A DNA stretch of 64,000 nt from Eledone cirrhosa (taxonomy: Eukaryota): the NCBI GenBank assembly GCA_964016885.1, contig OZ024741.1:379750001-379814000 (forward strand), given 5' to 3'. The notes under the pieces are model-generated. The model had not been told where the DNA came from. It did no database searches and saw nothing but the letters and a program-made list of their open reading frames with translations. Made by a program: the position numbers and the translations under genes. Below are positions 43,258 through 56,915 of the stretch, piece after piece. Position 1 is the first letter of the stretch, and the number at the start of each line of letters is the position of its first letter.

Positions 43258-44402
43258 GTGGGGGGTATGTATACAGAGTGAGCGAGAGAGAGAATCAAAG
43301 GCACAAAAGGAAGTTTGAATGGTGACATCATGGATTACACTGCACGTTCCTAACCTTTATAATCTGATCTTATACTGTGTTTTGTGGGTGCAACTGCATC
43401 AATTAAATGCAGTTCAAAATGTATATAACAATTAATCTCTTCTTCTCGAATAGAGAGCATTGTATTGAACTATCAAATTAATTTATACGGTTGTGTCTAG
43501 TAGTATATTATTCATATGTTAACTGAGAGAAATGTGTAATTTGAGAGATTAGTGTATTTGCGTTAATCACAAAGCAGTAGTGGCGACTGAATATGAGTCA
43601 CTGATTTATCAGTTAGCTGTCGCTTTAGTTATCGACTCAGCTATTCACACCCTTTTACAAACACTGCATTATTATAGTGAAGGCAAAAACGATTTCATGG
43701 TAGAATACTGACATTTTACGAGTGACTTCAAAAATAGAAAGAATATCAAGAGGAAATGAAATGTAACATAAGAGTAGTCTGAAATAACAAATGAAATGAA
43801 ATAAACTTTCAAGAATATTGGAATCAATCCCACTTCTTGGTAGAGTGATCATCGTATGAAAGGCATTTAGCCATAAAAATAACACCTCCTCCAAGAAACA
43901 GATATGTCGAAATGATGTTAGCATAGACAAAAGAAGCAACACTCCAGTACGTTTCTTTAGAAGGATATTGTTGTAGTGTGATGTATATCAATTCATCCAT
44001 TTCACTTTTAGATAAATATTTTTGTTTTTGCAATTTTTCCAAATATATTGATCATTGAAACTTTAGAAAATAATGTTGAGGTTTAGATTACATAAACAAA
44101 CACAAAATTAAAGCATAATAGTCTTGGATTTAATGAGACGGACAACATGCTGTCTGGTCATAGGTTCAATTTTTAACATGAGATACTCATCACCACACGC
44201 ACATACACAAATACATTAAAAAAATAACAAACATCAATTAAAGTAAAATAAGAAGAGATCGTCTAAATTATCATGTGATGACCAGGATTTAACAGCAAAA
44301 TCTAGTCGTTCCATTTCCTCAATTGTATTCGGGTGGCAATATCATATTGACGGATTAGCGAGGGCAACAAAACATGCAAAAAAAAAAAAAATAATAATAA
44401 TA

Positions 44403-44403
<1 letters not shown>

Positions 44404-44466
<63 letters not shown>

Positions 44467-44535
44467 GCCGCTGCTGCTGCTCCTGCTGCTGCTGCTACTA
44501 TTACAACTGCTGCTACTATTACAACTGCTACTACT
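44404..44535. repeat. (CTA)n/(CTG)n microsatellite
   Basis: Read directly. Confidence 0.9.
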
Positions 44536-44899
44536 TTTCCTTCTTCGTCTTCACCCCTTTATTCCTGTGAAACACGCATTCCCGTAGGTCCTGTCAGAAG
44601 CAACCATCTCCAATTGATCAGACTGGCTTCCAAAGAGAGACCAGCCAATCTCAGGTTATCGAACGAAATAGCATGGGGGTCTACCCTTGGGCCTCCTACC
44701 GGGTAGTTTTACCTTTAAAATCTGCTACATGGTTCTTTCCAGAAACATTTTAACTACATCCACCTAGATCGAATTTGTGATTTCTCAATTCGGAGAAGCA
44801 GCGGCTCTACCTGGAGCGACTTTCTGATCTCCGACCTAAGCACGGTATCGAATAATGTTACTCAAAAGAGCCCTCGCAGTGCACTCTATATGTGAATGG

Positions 44900-45480
44900 A
44901 TTTCAATTATAGCAGTTGGAGAAGTATCTCGGTGTGGAGGTCCTTAGGGATGGGAGACAGGAGAATGAATTAAATGCTAAAATCGAAGTAGCTGATGCAG
45001 TAATGCACTTGCTTCTGCAGTTGACCATCAAAAGAAGGGAAGAAGATGTAAAAGACAAACTCGCTATATCCAATCGGTATTCATGCCACGCTCTGGATAA
45101 TGAACGAAATAATACAACGGCGAATACACAATACACTAAACAAAAGTGTAGACCTGCCAAGTATTGAGAGCCATTCGTCTTCTTTATCTCTTTCTCAACC
45201 CTTTTTTAATCAGGTTTTCTTTACTGAAAGAAATCGATTCTTTCATATCTAGAGAGGGAATGAGCTCTGCCGGATTAAAAGTGCTCAAGATAGGATGTAT
45301 GACACTGTTGTATGCTAGAGGTTATGGGCTTATACAATATAGTTTAAAAAAACCTTCTTTGGCGAATGACTATAGGATTTGCTGCTCCGGGGCATAATTC
45401 TGAGCAAGAATGTTTGTGGATGATAAGCAGTCACCTATGCATTCCAGTCGCCCCCATCCATGTCATCTATGTTGTCCAAG
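44900..45480 (+). pseudogene. Decayed RTE-like LINE RT C-terminal remnant
   Basis: KYLGVEVLRDGRQENELNAKIEVADAVMH resembles the RTE post-RT segment. Confidence 0.4.
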
Positions 45481-47289
45481 AGAAAAGTAAAGGTCGATAC
45501 AACTTGGCAACACTCACATTGCAACTCATTCCCACAACTGAGTGAAACGGTCTAACGTGAAATAAAGTGAAGGACACAACACACATCTAAGTCCTAGAAC
45601 CGGAAACACAACCTCATACAATACACAACATAAATGCCTATCAATATGTTCTTAATACTGACATATGAGAATAACATTCAACAGTCTGAATGCATGTAAG
45701 GTATACAATAAACATTTCCGCGATGGAAGCTATATCCAGAGAAAGAAATATTTGACAACGTCCAATGTATATCATAACAAACAGCATAAAGCCGACCTTG
45801 GGTTTAAAATATAAACATTTTTATTTTAACTTTCTTTAAACTAATGTAAAATCTTCCACCATAAATTTATCTTGGAATCTTTGTTATGTTTGAAACTTCA
45901 ACATATTAATGAGAACGTTAGCTGTATTATTAAACGGTCCACACACGTTGATTTTCAGAAGTATTTGAAAATAATAAGCAATGTTTATCATCAGCAAACA
46001 TAAAAGAGTTTAATTGGAGCGGATGCACATAGCACAGTATGCTGTTCATATCATCCACTATTTGTTTATACTGAATGATTTACGAGTGAAGCATTTTTTA
46101 AAAAATCGTTGGAAATGATTTTGTGGGTAGGCTAAGGTCACTGAATTACTGTTGGGTTAAACTTGGCATTATGTCACGCTTTATAGAAATTGCTTCACGA
46201 TATTAGTAATTTGCATAATGCCATCATTTAGATTAAATATCTAATATTGTTATATAGCATTTCGGTAAACTATGATGCAGTAGTAAATAAAACCAAAGTT
46301 ATAAGCGGTCGGTCGATCTCTTAGAACTAGAAGGCAAATTTTCATGAAACATACTTTACTCCGTTAAATGATAAATTATGCATTGGAGGATACAGGCTTA
46401 GTTCTATTATGAATACGAAAGGACGTTGTAACCACAGTTAGAACAAGTTTCGTCAAAGTTAATCTCTATTGGGGTTGTCCTGTGGCTAACACACAACTTT
46501 AAATAGTGACTATGCTGACCTAAATATCAACAAAAGTGGTTTCCAAAAGTTTCACTACCAAGGACCATTTTCATTTAAATTGATTATCCGATAGGCTTTC
46601 ACAAAATTACTTACATACCAGATGTTTGCACTGCGATAATAACAACCAAAAGAGAGAAATGTTTATAATCAGTGACGAATAAATACCCAATAGTGTGTGC
46701 ATACATTTATAACACAATACATGGAATTTTGAACTTAGCTCATAGATACTGCAGCAGGCACCATGTTGGGAACCACTCGTCTACTTATTACATACTAGGA
46801 TTTCAATCCTTAATACTATTATGGTTCCTGTATATTCCTAAACAAGTCACATTGTCTGAATGGCTTGTATATTTATCAATGCTAGAGTTGAATGGATAGA
46901 TGTTAAGAACAAAATCCAATTGTAAAACAAATTATTTCAGTAACATTTAAATGTTGAAATATTTCAAAAATGGAACATAAATATATAACCAAAATAGAGT
47001 AAAGAAGAACAAAATGTAAAATAAAAATCATTTTGAAAAACATGTAATAAAATTATCTGATCAAATATTGTCTCCAGATTGTTGAGACTAACTTTATTTT
47101 TGCATTTATTTATTGTAAAATAAATCAAAACTTTTAAATGTTTGATCATGCTTAATTTCATTAGAACATGAAAAATCATAAATAAACTTCAAAGGTCTAA
47201 TGTTACTATAGGCATCTCTTCTCTTCCATTCACTCTGTTTTTTTCCCTCCTACTCACAGCTCTGCCATTCTCTTTTAGCGTACCTATCC

Positions 47290-47951
<662 letters not shown>

Positions 47952-48471
47952 TGAGAGATAGATAGATAGATGGATATATGTATATCATCCCACTATCTAT
48001 TTATCTAACTACCAGGTTCACTTTCAGAATAACTACCATGTTTAATAAAGCAACGTTTATATACATGCATTTGCCGTCAAGTAAAATAGACACAGTCTCT
48101 CTCTCACACTTTCTATTTCTCTCTCTCTCTCTTTCTCTCACTCTCTCTTTCTTTCTCTCTGTCTCTCTCCATTTCCTTCTCTTGTTTACATAAACGCAGA
48201 TTTACACTTGCATAAATATTTATAAAATACCTTTCTCTCTTTTTCAAACAAGTACTGGAACATAGCGAATCTTTCTTTCCCTGCCACGCATATGTGCCCC
48301 CCCCCAACATACACACGCACACTTACACACACATATATATATATTTGTATATATATATATGTGTGTGTCTGTGTGTAAATACATACATATATATATGTAT
48401 ACAGATAACTTATAAATATATATATATAAGAAGTATATATATATATATATATATATATACTTCTTTTTTTT

Positions 48472-49000
48472 ATTTGTTTTGCAAGATTTCTTATCTGAAA
48501 ACGTGTTTCAACAGATATTGTTATACTTTGGGAGGGTTATGCTGCCAATAAAAAACACACGTACCTGTTGATTTTCACACCAATTTACTATAAATTTCCG
48601 TTTGGTTGGTTGTTTGGTTCCATAACTGGATGGTTGTTTATATATTGTCAAAGCTGTTTTATCAAACATTCAAGGCCTCCTCAGTGACTGGGCTTTTATT
48701 GTGTGTCTCGCCTACACAATCTTCATTTTGGGTGTTTTGTATTGTGTCCTTGGTTTACGCATGCGTTACATCTTGGTGTGGTGTGTGTGTTTTTATTTAT
48801 TTATTTACGTGTTTGTTTACTTGTCACTAGTTAGTTTTTTGTTCTATCTGTATGTGTCTAATGTGTTTTATTAGTTTGGTATTTGCGTGTGGCTGTATGT
48901 CTTCATTTTGTCCTTATTTACTAGCTGTGATGTTGCTATTCCACTCATGTTTACTTATTAATTTTGTTTGGAGTTCGTTTATGTTTGCCGCCTCTGCTAA
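48472..49000 (-). mobile_element. PLE 3' UTR/pseudo-LTR fragment
   Basis: Collinear with 56915-57390; HHR remnant at ~48645-48690. Confidence 0.75.
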
Positions 49001-49700
49001 GATATAGCAATACAAACGATGTCGAGTTGGAGCCTGTGAGACAAAGTGGAGTTGTGGCCTGATAACGCCATATATAGCAAAGCACACACCACAGGAGCGT
49101 ATTAAGTGAGCAGAGGTGCAGTCCGACAAGACCAATACAAGATATAACAAAACACACGACGACGGAGCGTGCTAAGCAAGCCTGTGCGCAGCCCGACGGA
49201 GCCAAAGCCAGATATATTAATAAACGCGAATTCGGGGCGTCTGAGGCGAGTACGGACGCGGTCGGTCGATGCCAAGAAAAGGTACAGCAAAACACACGAC
49301 GTCAGAGCGTGCGAGGCCTGTAGGGGCGCGGCTAGGTGAAGCCAAGGCCTGATATAGCAAAACACATGCCGCCAGAGAGTGCTAAGTGAGCAGGGGCGCA
49401 GCACGGCGGAACCAATACAAAATATTACAAAACACAAGAAAATGAAGAGTACAAAGCATGGCGGGGCGCAGCCCGGCGGGACCAAGACAAGACATTAATA
49501 CACATGAAGTGGGAGCGTGTGAGGCGAGTGGGGGCGACGTCGAGCAAAGCCAAATTAAGATGTAGCAAAACAGATGAGGCCGGCGCGAGCTAAGTGAACT
49601 AGGGCGAGTCCTGGTGCAGCCATGTCTGGTAGAGCCAAATACACAATGTCGGAGCGTGCGAGAAAAATGGAAGCACTGCCAGGCGAAGCCAGGGTAAGAA
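49001..49700. repeat. Degenerate 70-bp satellite with 280-bp higher-order repeat
   Basis: gatatagcaa-like heads at 49001, 49071, 49141, 49211, 49281, 49351, 49421, 49491 and ~49559. Unit 49071 best matches 49351, and 49211 best matches 49491. Confidence 0.85.
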
Positions 49701-50085
49701 TTGGGGAGGGTAAAACATGTAGAACTGAAAAGAAAAGTGCGGAAGAATGAGACCGACAGTAATAGTGATGAATCTTATCCATAATTGGTTTCAAATAGAA
49801 TACGAACCCGAAGATTGCGAAAGCATGAAAGTACTTGTACAATTAACACTTAAAATTTCATATTAACCATTCTATTTCATTCTAATACCATTATAACTTT
49901 TAAAGGATTGTAAATAAAACGAGTAAATCAGACAAAGTTGGAATTTCTTTTATTAATATATATATATAAGTTGTAATAAAATGAAAACGGAATTTCATTT
50001 CTCACTCTTAGTACGGCACTTACTTAAATGTAAGTATGTATGTATACGTACATACATATATGTATACAGACGTACAGTAGCATGC

Positions 50086-50116
<31 letters not shown>

Positions 50117-50268
50117 CAGGTACACATACATATATGTACGTATCAGTTTAGCGGACGCTCATTATAACACCCGCTTTGTTCGTTTGTAAATACACTGAAC
50201 AGCCTGAATTTATGCCGTACGGTGTTAAGGCAACCACGTCACCTTTTTGTTCAACACTGACACAGGAA

Positions 50269-50309
50269 CGATGTACTAGTTTCAAGCTTGTTAGCTATCA
50301 TCAGCACCG
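50269..50309 (-). ncRNA. Minimal type I hammerhead ribozyme
   Basis: cggtg CTGATGA tagc-taacaa-gctt GAAA ctag TA catcg. Confidence 0.85.
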
Positions 50310-50541
50310 TATACCCGTCTGCCAGATGGTTGAACGTTCGAAAGTATATACTTCCTTATGAAAATTAACGGCTGAGAAGCCTAATTTGCATATCGAGTGA
50401 GTTCGGTCAGGCGTACCGAGAACGATAAATTGTAATAAAATGAAAACGAAATTTCATTTCTCACTCTTAGTACGGCACTTACTTAAATGTAAGTATGTAT
50501 GTATACGTACATACATATATGTATACAGACGTACAGTAGCA

Positions 50542-50585
<44 letters not shown>

Positions 50586-50737
50586 CAGGTACACATACAT
50601 ATATGTACGTATCAGTTTAGCGGACGCTTATTATAACGCCCGCTGTGTTCGTTTGTAAACAAACTGAACAGCCTGAATTTATGCCGTGCGGTGTTAAGGC
50701 AACCACGTCACCTTTTTGTTCAACACTGACACAGGAA

Positions 50738-50778
50738 CGATGTACTAGTTTCAAGCTTGTTAGCTATCATCAGCACCG
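50738..50778 (-). ncRNA. Minimal type I hammerhead ribozyme
   Basis: Identical motif 469 bp from the first copy. Confidence 0.85.
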
Positions 50779-51158
50779 TATAACCGTCTGCCAGATGGTT
50801 GAACGTTCGAAAGTATATACTTTCCTTATGAAAATTAACGGCTGAGCAGCCTAATTTGCATATCGAGTGAGTTCGGTCAGGCGTACCGAGAACGATAAGT
50901 TGTAATAAAATGAAAACGAAATTTCATTTCTCACTCTTAGTACGGCACTTACTTAAATGTAAGTATGTATGTATACGTACATACATATATGTATACAGAC
51001 GTACAGTAGCATGCATATATATATATATGTATATGTGAAAATGTATATAAATAAGTAAATATATATATATGTTTGATGTGTATAGTTAGATGTAAGTGTA
51101 TTCATGTATTAAAGTGCTTATATATATATATATATGTATATGTGTGTATATGTATGTA

Positions 51159-51221
<63 letters not shown>

Positions 51222-51785
51222 GTGTATGTATATATGTGTATATGGATGTGTATGTATGTGTATGTGTGTACACATGGACTAGAGTATGTATGTATATATG
51301 TGTGTGTCTATACGTGTGTATATAAAGATAAGTTGAGTATGAAAATGTATACACATGAGCGCGTATGTATGTACATAAATACATGTGTGTATATATGTGT
51401 ATGCATGTGTATATATATGTAAGTATGAATATGTGAATTGTGTGTATATGTATTTTGTAGAGGTGTGCAAATATATTTGTGTGTGAATGCGTGGGTGAAA
51501 GGATACGTACACTTGAAAGAAAAATTTAAGTCTGAATGTTAATTAAGTGCAAACACAAAACCAACCACGCATATCTTCACTATCTCTAATCCTTCTATAG
51601 ATTTAGAAAAATAACCAATAATATATTCTATAAAAAATGTCAAAACAACAGATGGGAATCTAATTACTCACTGCCACCAAGAATTCTCACTGCTATCGAA
51701 AAACCACTCCTTCAACTATTCTTCTAACAACTTCACCCCTCCCTCCTAATATTCTCTATAAAAACTAAATAGGTCCTCAGTAATA

Positions 51786-51902
51786 TTATTCTGATGAAAT
51801 GACAGTAAATAATAACATTGAAATATTGAATGTCTGCATAACTAAAAGTTTGTAGATAGCTGTTTTAGGTTATGTAACTGTTATAGAAACACGTGTCAAT
51901 AA
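51786..51902 (+). ncRNA. Type I hammerhead with extended stem II
   Basis: ttatt CTGATGA a-atgacagt...actgttat-a GAAA cacgtg TC aataa. Confidence 0.75.
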
Positions 51903-51936
51903 ATTCCTTTCAACTAAACTGTATCCATTCAAATCT

Positions 51937-52588
<652 letters not shown>

Positions 52589-52764
52589 TGTGTGTGTGTG
52601 TGTGTGTGTATACATCCCACACACACATATGTATGTATATGTTAGATATCCGAGATTATGGAGATAGACATTATTCATGTCCCACTAGATCTGTTGGAGG
52701 AGTGGTTGGCTTGAGGACAGACGTTAGCAGGAAGGGTGTTATGCAGGTGAAGTGTTTATAGTAA

Positions 52765-52943
52765 ATAATTGTTTCAACTTTGGGCACAAGGCCAGCAATA
52801 ACCCAGTGCATTACTGGTACTTTTTTTTATCGACCCCGTAAGGATGAAAGGCAAAGTCAACCTCGGCGGGATTTGAACACAGATCGTAAAGGGACGTAAC
52901 TATGCTGGAAAGCATGGCGTCCGACCCTCTACCGATCTTGCCA
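52765..52943 (-). mobile_element. tRNA-type SINE copy
   Basis: Reverse complement of the SINE body. Confidence 0.85.
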
Positions 52944-53384
52944 TAACTATGTTCGTGAGCTTCCATTATTTTTTATCAGTTTCTGTTTCTGCTTTGAGTA
53001 CAGTTTATTTAACTCATCTTGTTTACTCCTACTATATGATATGCTAACCAGCAAATATGTATATAGATTTTTCTACATTCTTAGTTATCGTACATTACAA
53101 TATAGTTCAGATATCTCGTTATGTCTTTCATCTTCTATCACATTTTGGACATGATACACGATCTTTTAACATAAATCAAACGCTTTATTTATCAAATTCG
53201 TTTTCCATAAACTGTCGTTTCTTTCTGAAATACATTCAGGATCTTTGCCGGTGACAAGTTCCGTGAAGTCACAATATTTGATTACTAACTGCTCCCTTCT
53301 GTCGCCGCATTCAAATTCGATTTTTAACAACATATTCGAACTGTTCTCATGTTGGTTATATGAAACCCTTTGCTCACTGTTTAT

Positions 53385-53812
53385 AGCGGTGGATTGGCAG
53401 TATCAGTAGAGGGTCGGACGCCATGCTTTAGAGCATAGAGTTAAGGCACTTCATTAACTGAGTTCAAATGCCACAGAGGTTAACTTTGCCTTTCGACGTT
53501 ACGGGGTATATAAAATAATATACCAGTATTATATTGGAGTAATTGCTGGCCTTGTACCAAAAGTAGAAACAATTAATTATTAGAATATTAATTATTTGGA
53601 TTGGCCTATCGGCAGAGATGTCAGAAAACATTCTTTACGCCGTAGATTTACAAACCTTTATGTCCTGAGTTCGAATCCCACCGAGATTAGCTTTGCCTCT
53701 GATGCGTACAGGGTCGTTAAAACAGCACTAATAAGGCACCTGCAGTCGATTTAATCATCGCTTTTCCCCTCCCGTCAGATTTGTTCGCCGCGTGCTTGAA
53801 TCAGAAACCATT
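53385..53812 (+). mobile_element. Two adjacent SINE copies (53385-53576; more diverged 53598-53812)
   Basis: B-box gagttcaaatgcc / gagttcgaatccc plus shared body. Confidence 0.7.
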
Positions 53813-55497
53813 AATTATATGTGATTCTCTGGCCTTGTGCCTATATAAGCAACCAATAATTATATGAGTTTCTGGTTGCGATGAAATGTATGGATAGTCA
53901 CATATTAAATCGCTGTGATGTTTTGTAAATGATAATATTTAGATGTGGTTTCATTACATAAAATAAATTTCGCATTGGAAAATGTCCATGTATATCTCTG
54001 AAAGATAACTAAATGAGATCGAATTTGTTTGAGGAAACTTGATGACTTGATTAAATAATTATTATTTTCAAAATATTGTGTTAGTATTCTGTTGATATTA
54101 TTTATCTCCAACGGTTTAAAGAAGTGTATATGCATTTAAGAACAAATTGTATTTGTAAGTGAATTAAGATTATATGATTGCAGTAACAAAGATATATAGA
54201 TTTCTGATAAATGTTCAAGACGTTTCCCAGTTAATCTATTTAAACATGGTTTTAATATGAATAACAGTGAAATGACATTGATACCAAATTAAGGCTTGGC
54301 ATATCAGGTTCACATCTAATAGAGTTCTACATCAGCCTAATACACATTCTAATTGTGGAATAGCAATTAATCAAATTAAGTAGGGGTTTACTCAGTTTTA
54401 ATACCTCTTATCTGGGAGGCCCACTATCTCTAATTCATGAATCTCAACTACAATTATATGATATCGCAGTCATCAAATTAAGTCAATGCATTATTTAAAG
54501 CAATTTTATGACTCATATTGGTGTTGAGAAATCAAACCATGTCCCAATCCAGCACGCTACCAATTACACAGCATATTCATTGTAAAACCTGAAGCAGATA
54601 AATATATGAATAGATACACTTACAAATCAAGGATGTGTACGTATATCATAATATGGTTGCGAAGATGTAAACATGAGAAAAATTATTTTTGTAGGTATTA
54701 TGCTTAGGCTATAGTATACATTTCCTTTTCGCCTAATAGATAATTGTAAACGCGTTTGCTGGACATAAATTATGAGAGATTTACATGTGGTTATTTAACC
54801 TTAAATCATCTTTGATTTAGTAGTATGGGTAGAAAACAGATGGACAACTCTCTATCTGCTAAATCGTTAACTCCGAAACAGTAGGCCCGGAACGAAAGGC
54901 TTTTTAGCTTTGATACCTTTTTAGTTTTCAGAAATAGTGAATCTTGTGACACATAATTGAATTTGGATTTGATTTTTTATATTCGATAAGGTGTGATACG
55001 AGGGCCATGCAGCTATTATTTATAACGTAAAGAGAGAACTGGCCAATTTTTCCCCAGTCTCCGAAAATCAATTTACTGAGAAATAACAACACAATTCGCA
55101 TTTTATTGAGCCAGTATCAATCTGAATGACGAAGATGAATCCCCGTATTATATTTATATTTCTGAGTTAAAATGTTCTAGGTTATACTATAAAACTGAAA
55201 GCGCTTCTTATAGTAGGTAATGAGTTTCAACATGATTGATGCTTCTCTCATATTGAAAATAGTTATATTTTGGGGCTATGTATTTTATAGGGTATACTAT
55301 ACAACTGATAAATCTTCTAATAATGTGAAATGAAGAAAACATTTTTGAAACGCGTCACCAAAAGGATGAAAGAACATACTCGATAGCATTGACGAGACTA
55401 CAGAGCAAAAGTGATGTGTTACTTTCTAATGAAAATATAAGCAATTCTGCGGCAGAATTAATTAATAATTTAATTTAAAACACCCTGTATATTTGTA

Positions 55498-56326
55498 AAG
55501 AAACCACCAGTGTATGGAATCTATAACCTATGAAAGGCAGACAATAGACACGATAATTAAAAATATAAATTAAAGCGTAAATAAATATCTCTATAACTAT
55601 ATAGCACACGTACATATCCAAAGCTACTAATCCAAAGATATGTTTCACCAGTAATTTGTTGAAAGAAATGTGTTAGCCTCGGTTCATCAGCGTGTGTAAG
55701 GCTATACATTTCAGACAACACCAAAATAATGTTAAAAGTGACTGTCCAGCTACACGTGGGAGAGAGAAGTCACAGCGTGTTTAAGGGCAGTGATCCAGTG
55801 GCCTCTTAGGGACGAACTGCTAGAAATGGCAGCCCAAAGCCACTCAGAGAAGTGTGCTCAACCAAACAGAGTTAGGAAAGACTGTTATTAGAAGCGAAAT
55901 ATCACGATAAATTAACGGCGGCATAGGCCCTAGCTATTCCCTGTAAATAATGTGCTCAAAGGAGAAGAAATCCTGAGCTCTTTAAAATACAATATGTTGA
56001 AAAGGTAACACACCAGAGGGAGATATACAGTGCACTATCAATAAAACATGGAAGAAAACCACCAGTGTATGGAATCTATGACCTATGAAAGGCAGACTAT
56101 AGATACGATAATTAAAAATATAAATTAAAGCGTAAATAAATACCTCTATAACTATATAACACGTAAATAAATACAGGTATTTATTTACGCTTTAATATAT
56201 ATTTTTAATTATCGTGTCTAGAGTCTGCCTTTCATAGGTTATAGATGCCATACACTGGTGGTTTTCTTCCATGTTTTATTGATAGCGCACAGTATATCTC
56301 TCTCTGGTGTGTTACCTTTTCAACAT

Positions 56327-56333
<7 letters not shown>
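55498..56333 (-). mobile_element. Retrozyme-like element: ~553-bp unit + ~110-bp terminal redundancy + terminal inversion
   Basis: 55498-55610 repeated at ~56052-56163; 55987-56145 inverted at 56176-56333. Confidence 0.8.
55605..55696 (-). ncRNA. Type I hammerhead ribozyme with full stem III
   Basis: cacacg CTGATGA accg...tggt GAAA catatct-...-ggatatg TA cgtgtg. Confidence 0.85.
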
Positions 56334-56361
<28 letters not shown>

Positions 56362-56436
56362 GTCGCTTTTAATTATTCGGTATTTACTCCGCCACTCCTA
56401 TGTGGAAAAATATGTTGAGTGCTTGAATTGAATTGC

Positions 56437-56480
<44 letters not shown>

Positions 56481-56743
56481 TAAAATAACAGATTAAAGTT
56501 TAAGCAAAGAATCGCTGCTTTCTCCCTTAACGGGATCTTCTGAAACTTTGGATTTTAGTCTTCAAATTTATTATTATTACTATATATATATATATATATA
56601 TGTATATATTTAATTATGTAATAAACAACACAATATAATTATTACATTATCCAAGTTTTACGAAGTTAGACGATTCTAACAGATACGTCTGAGATCGCTC
56701 ATCATAAGAAATCTTTATTTGGATATAAGATATGAAATAAGGA

Positions 56744-56814
56744 TTCCATCTGATGAGCGATATCAGACGTTTCTGTTAGAATCGTCTAACTTCGTGAAAC
56801 CTTGGGTAATGGAA
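56744..56814 (+). ncRNA. Type I hammerhead ribozyme, with decayed inverted copy at ~56641-56706
   Basis: ttccat CTGATGA gcga...tcgt GAAA cc-ttg-gg TA atggaa. Confidence 0.8.
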
Positions 56815-56875
56815 CAATTACATTGAGTTATTTATTACATGATTAGATAGCTCTCTTCTTTCCTTTATGTATGTA

Positions 56876-56914
<39 letters not shown>

Positions 56915-56915
<1 letters not shown>

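Larger units (their letters stand above)
49966..51030 (-). mobile_element. Tandem HHR-containing repeat (non-LTR retrozyme-like), ~2.3 units of 459-470 bp
   Basis: Unit starts ttgtaataaaatgaaaacg at 49971, 50430 and 50900; one HHR per full unit. Confidence 0.85.

Noticed and set aside
49001-49700. CRISPR-like repeat/spacer reading (also 27300-27575)
   Set aside because: The variable parts are homologous to each other, there are no cas genes, and the context is eukaryotic.
50176-50845. Repeated 61-71 aa ORF MFVCKQTEQP...
   Set aside because: Starts at TTG/GTG-type codons rather than ATG, has no known motif, and recurs only because the non-coding unit is repeated.
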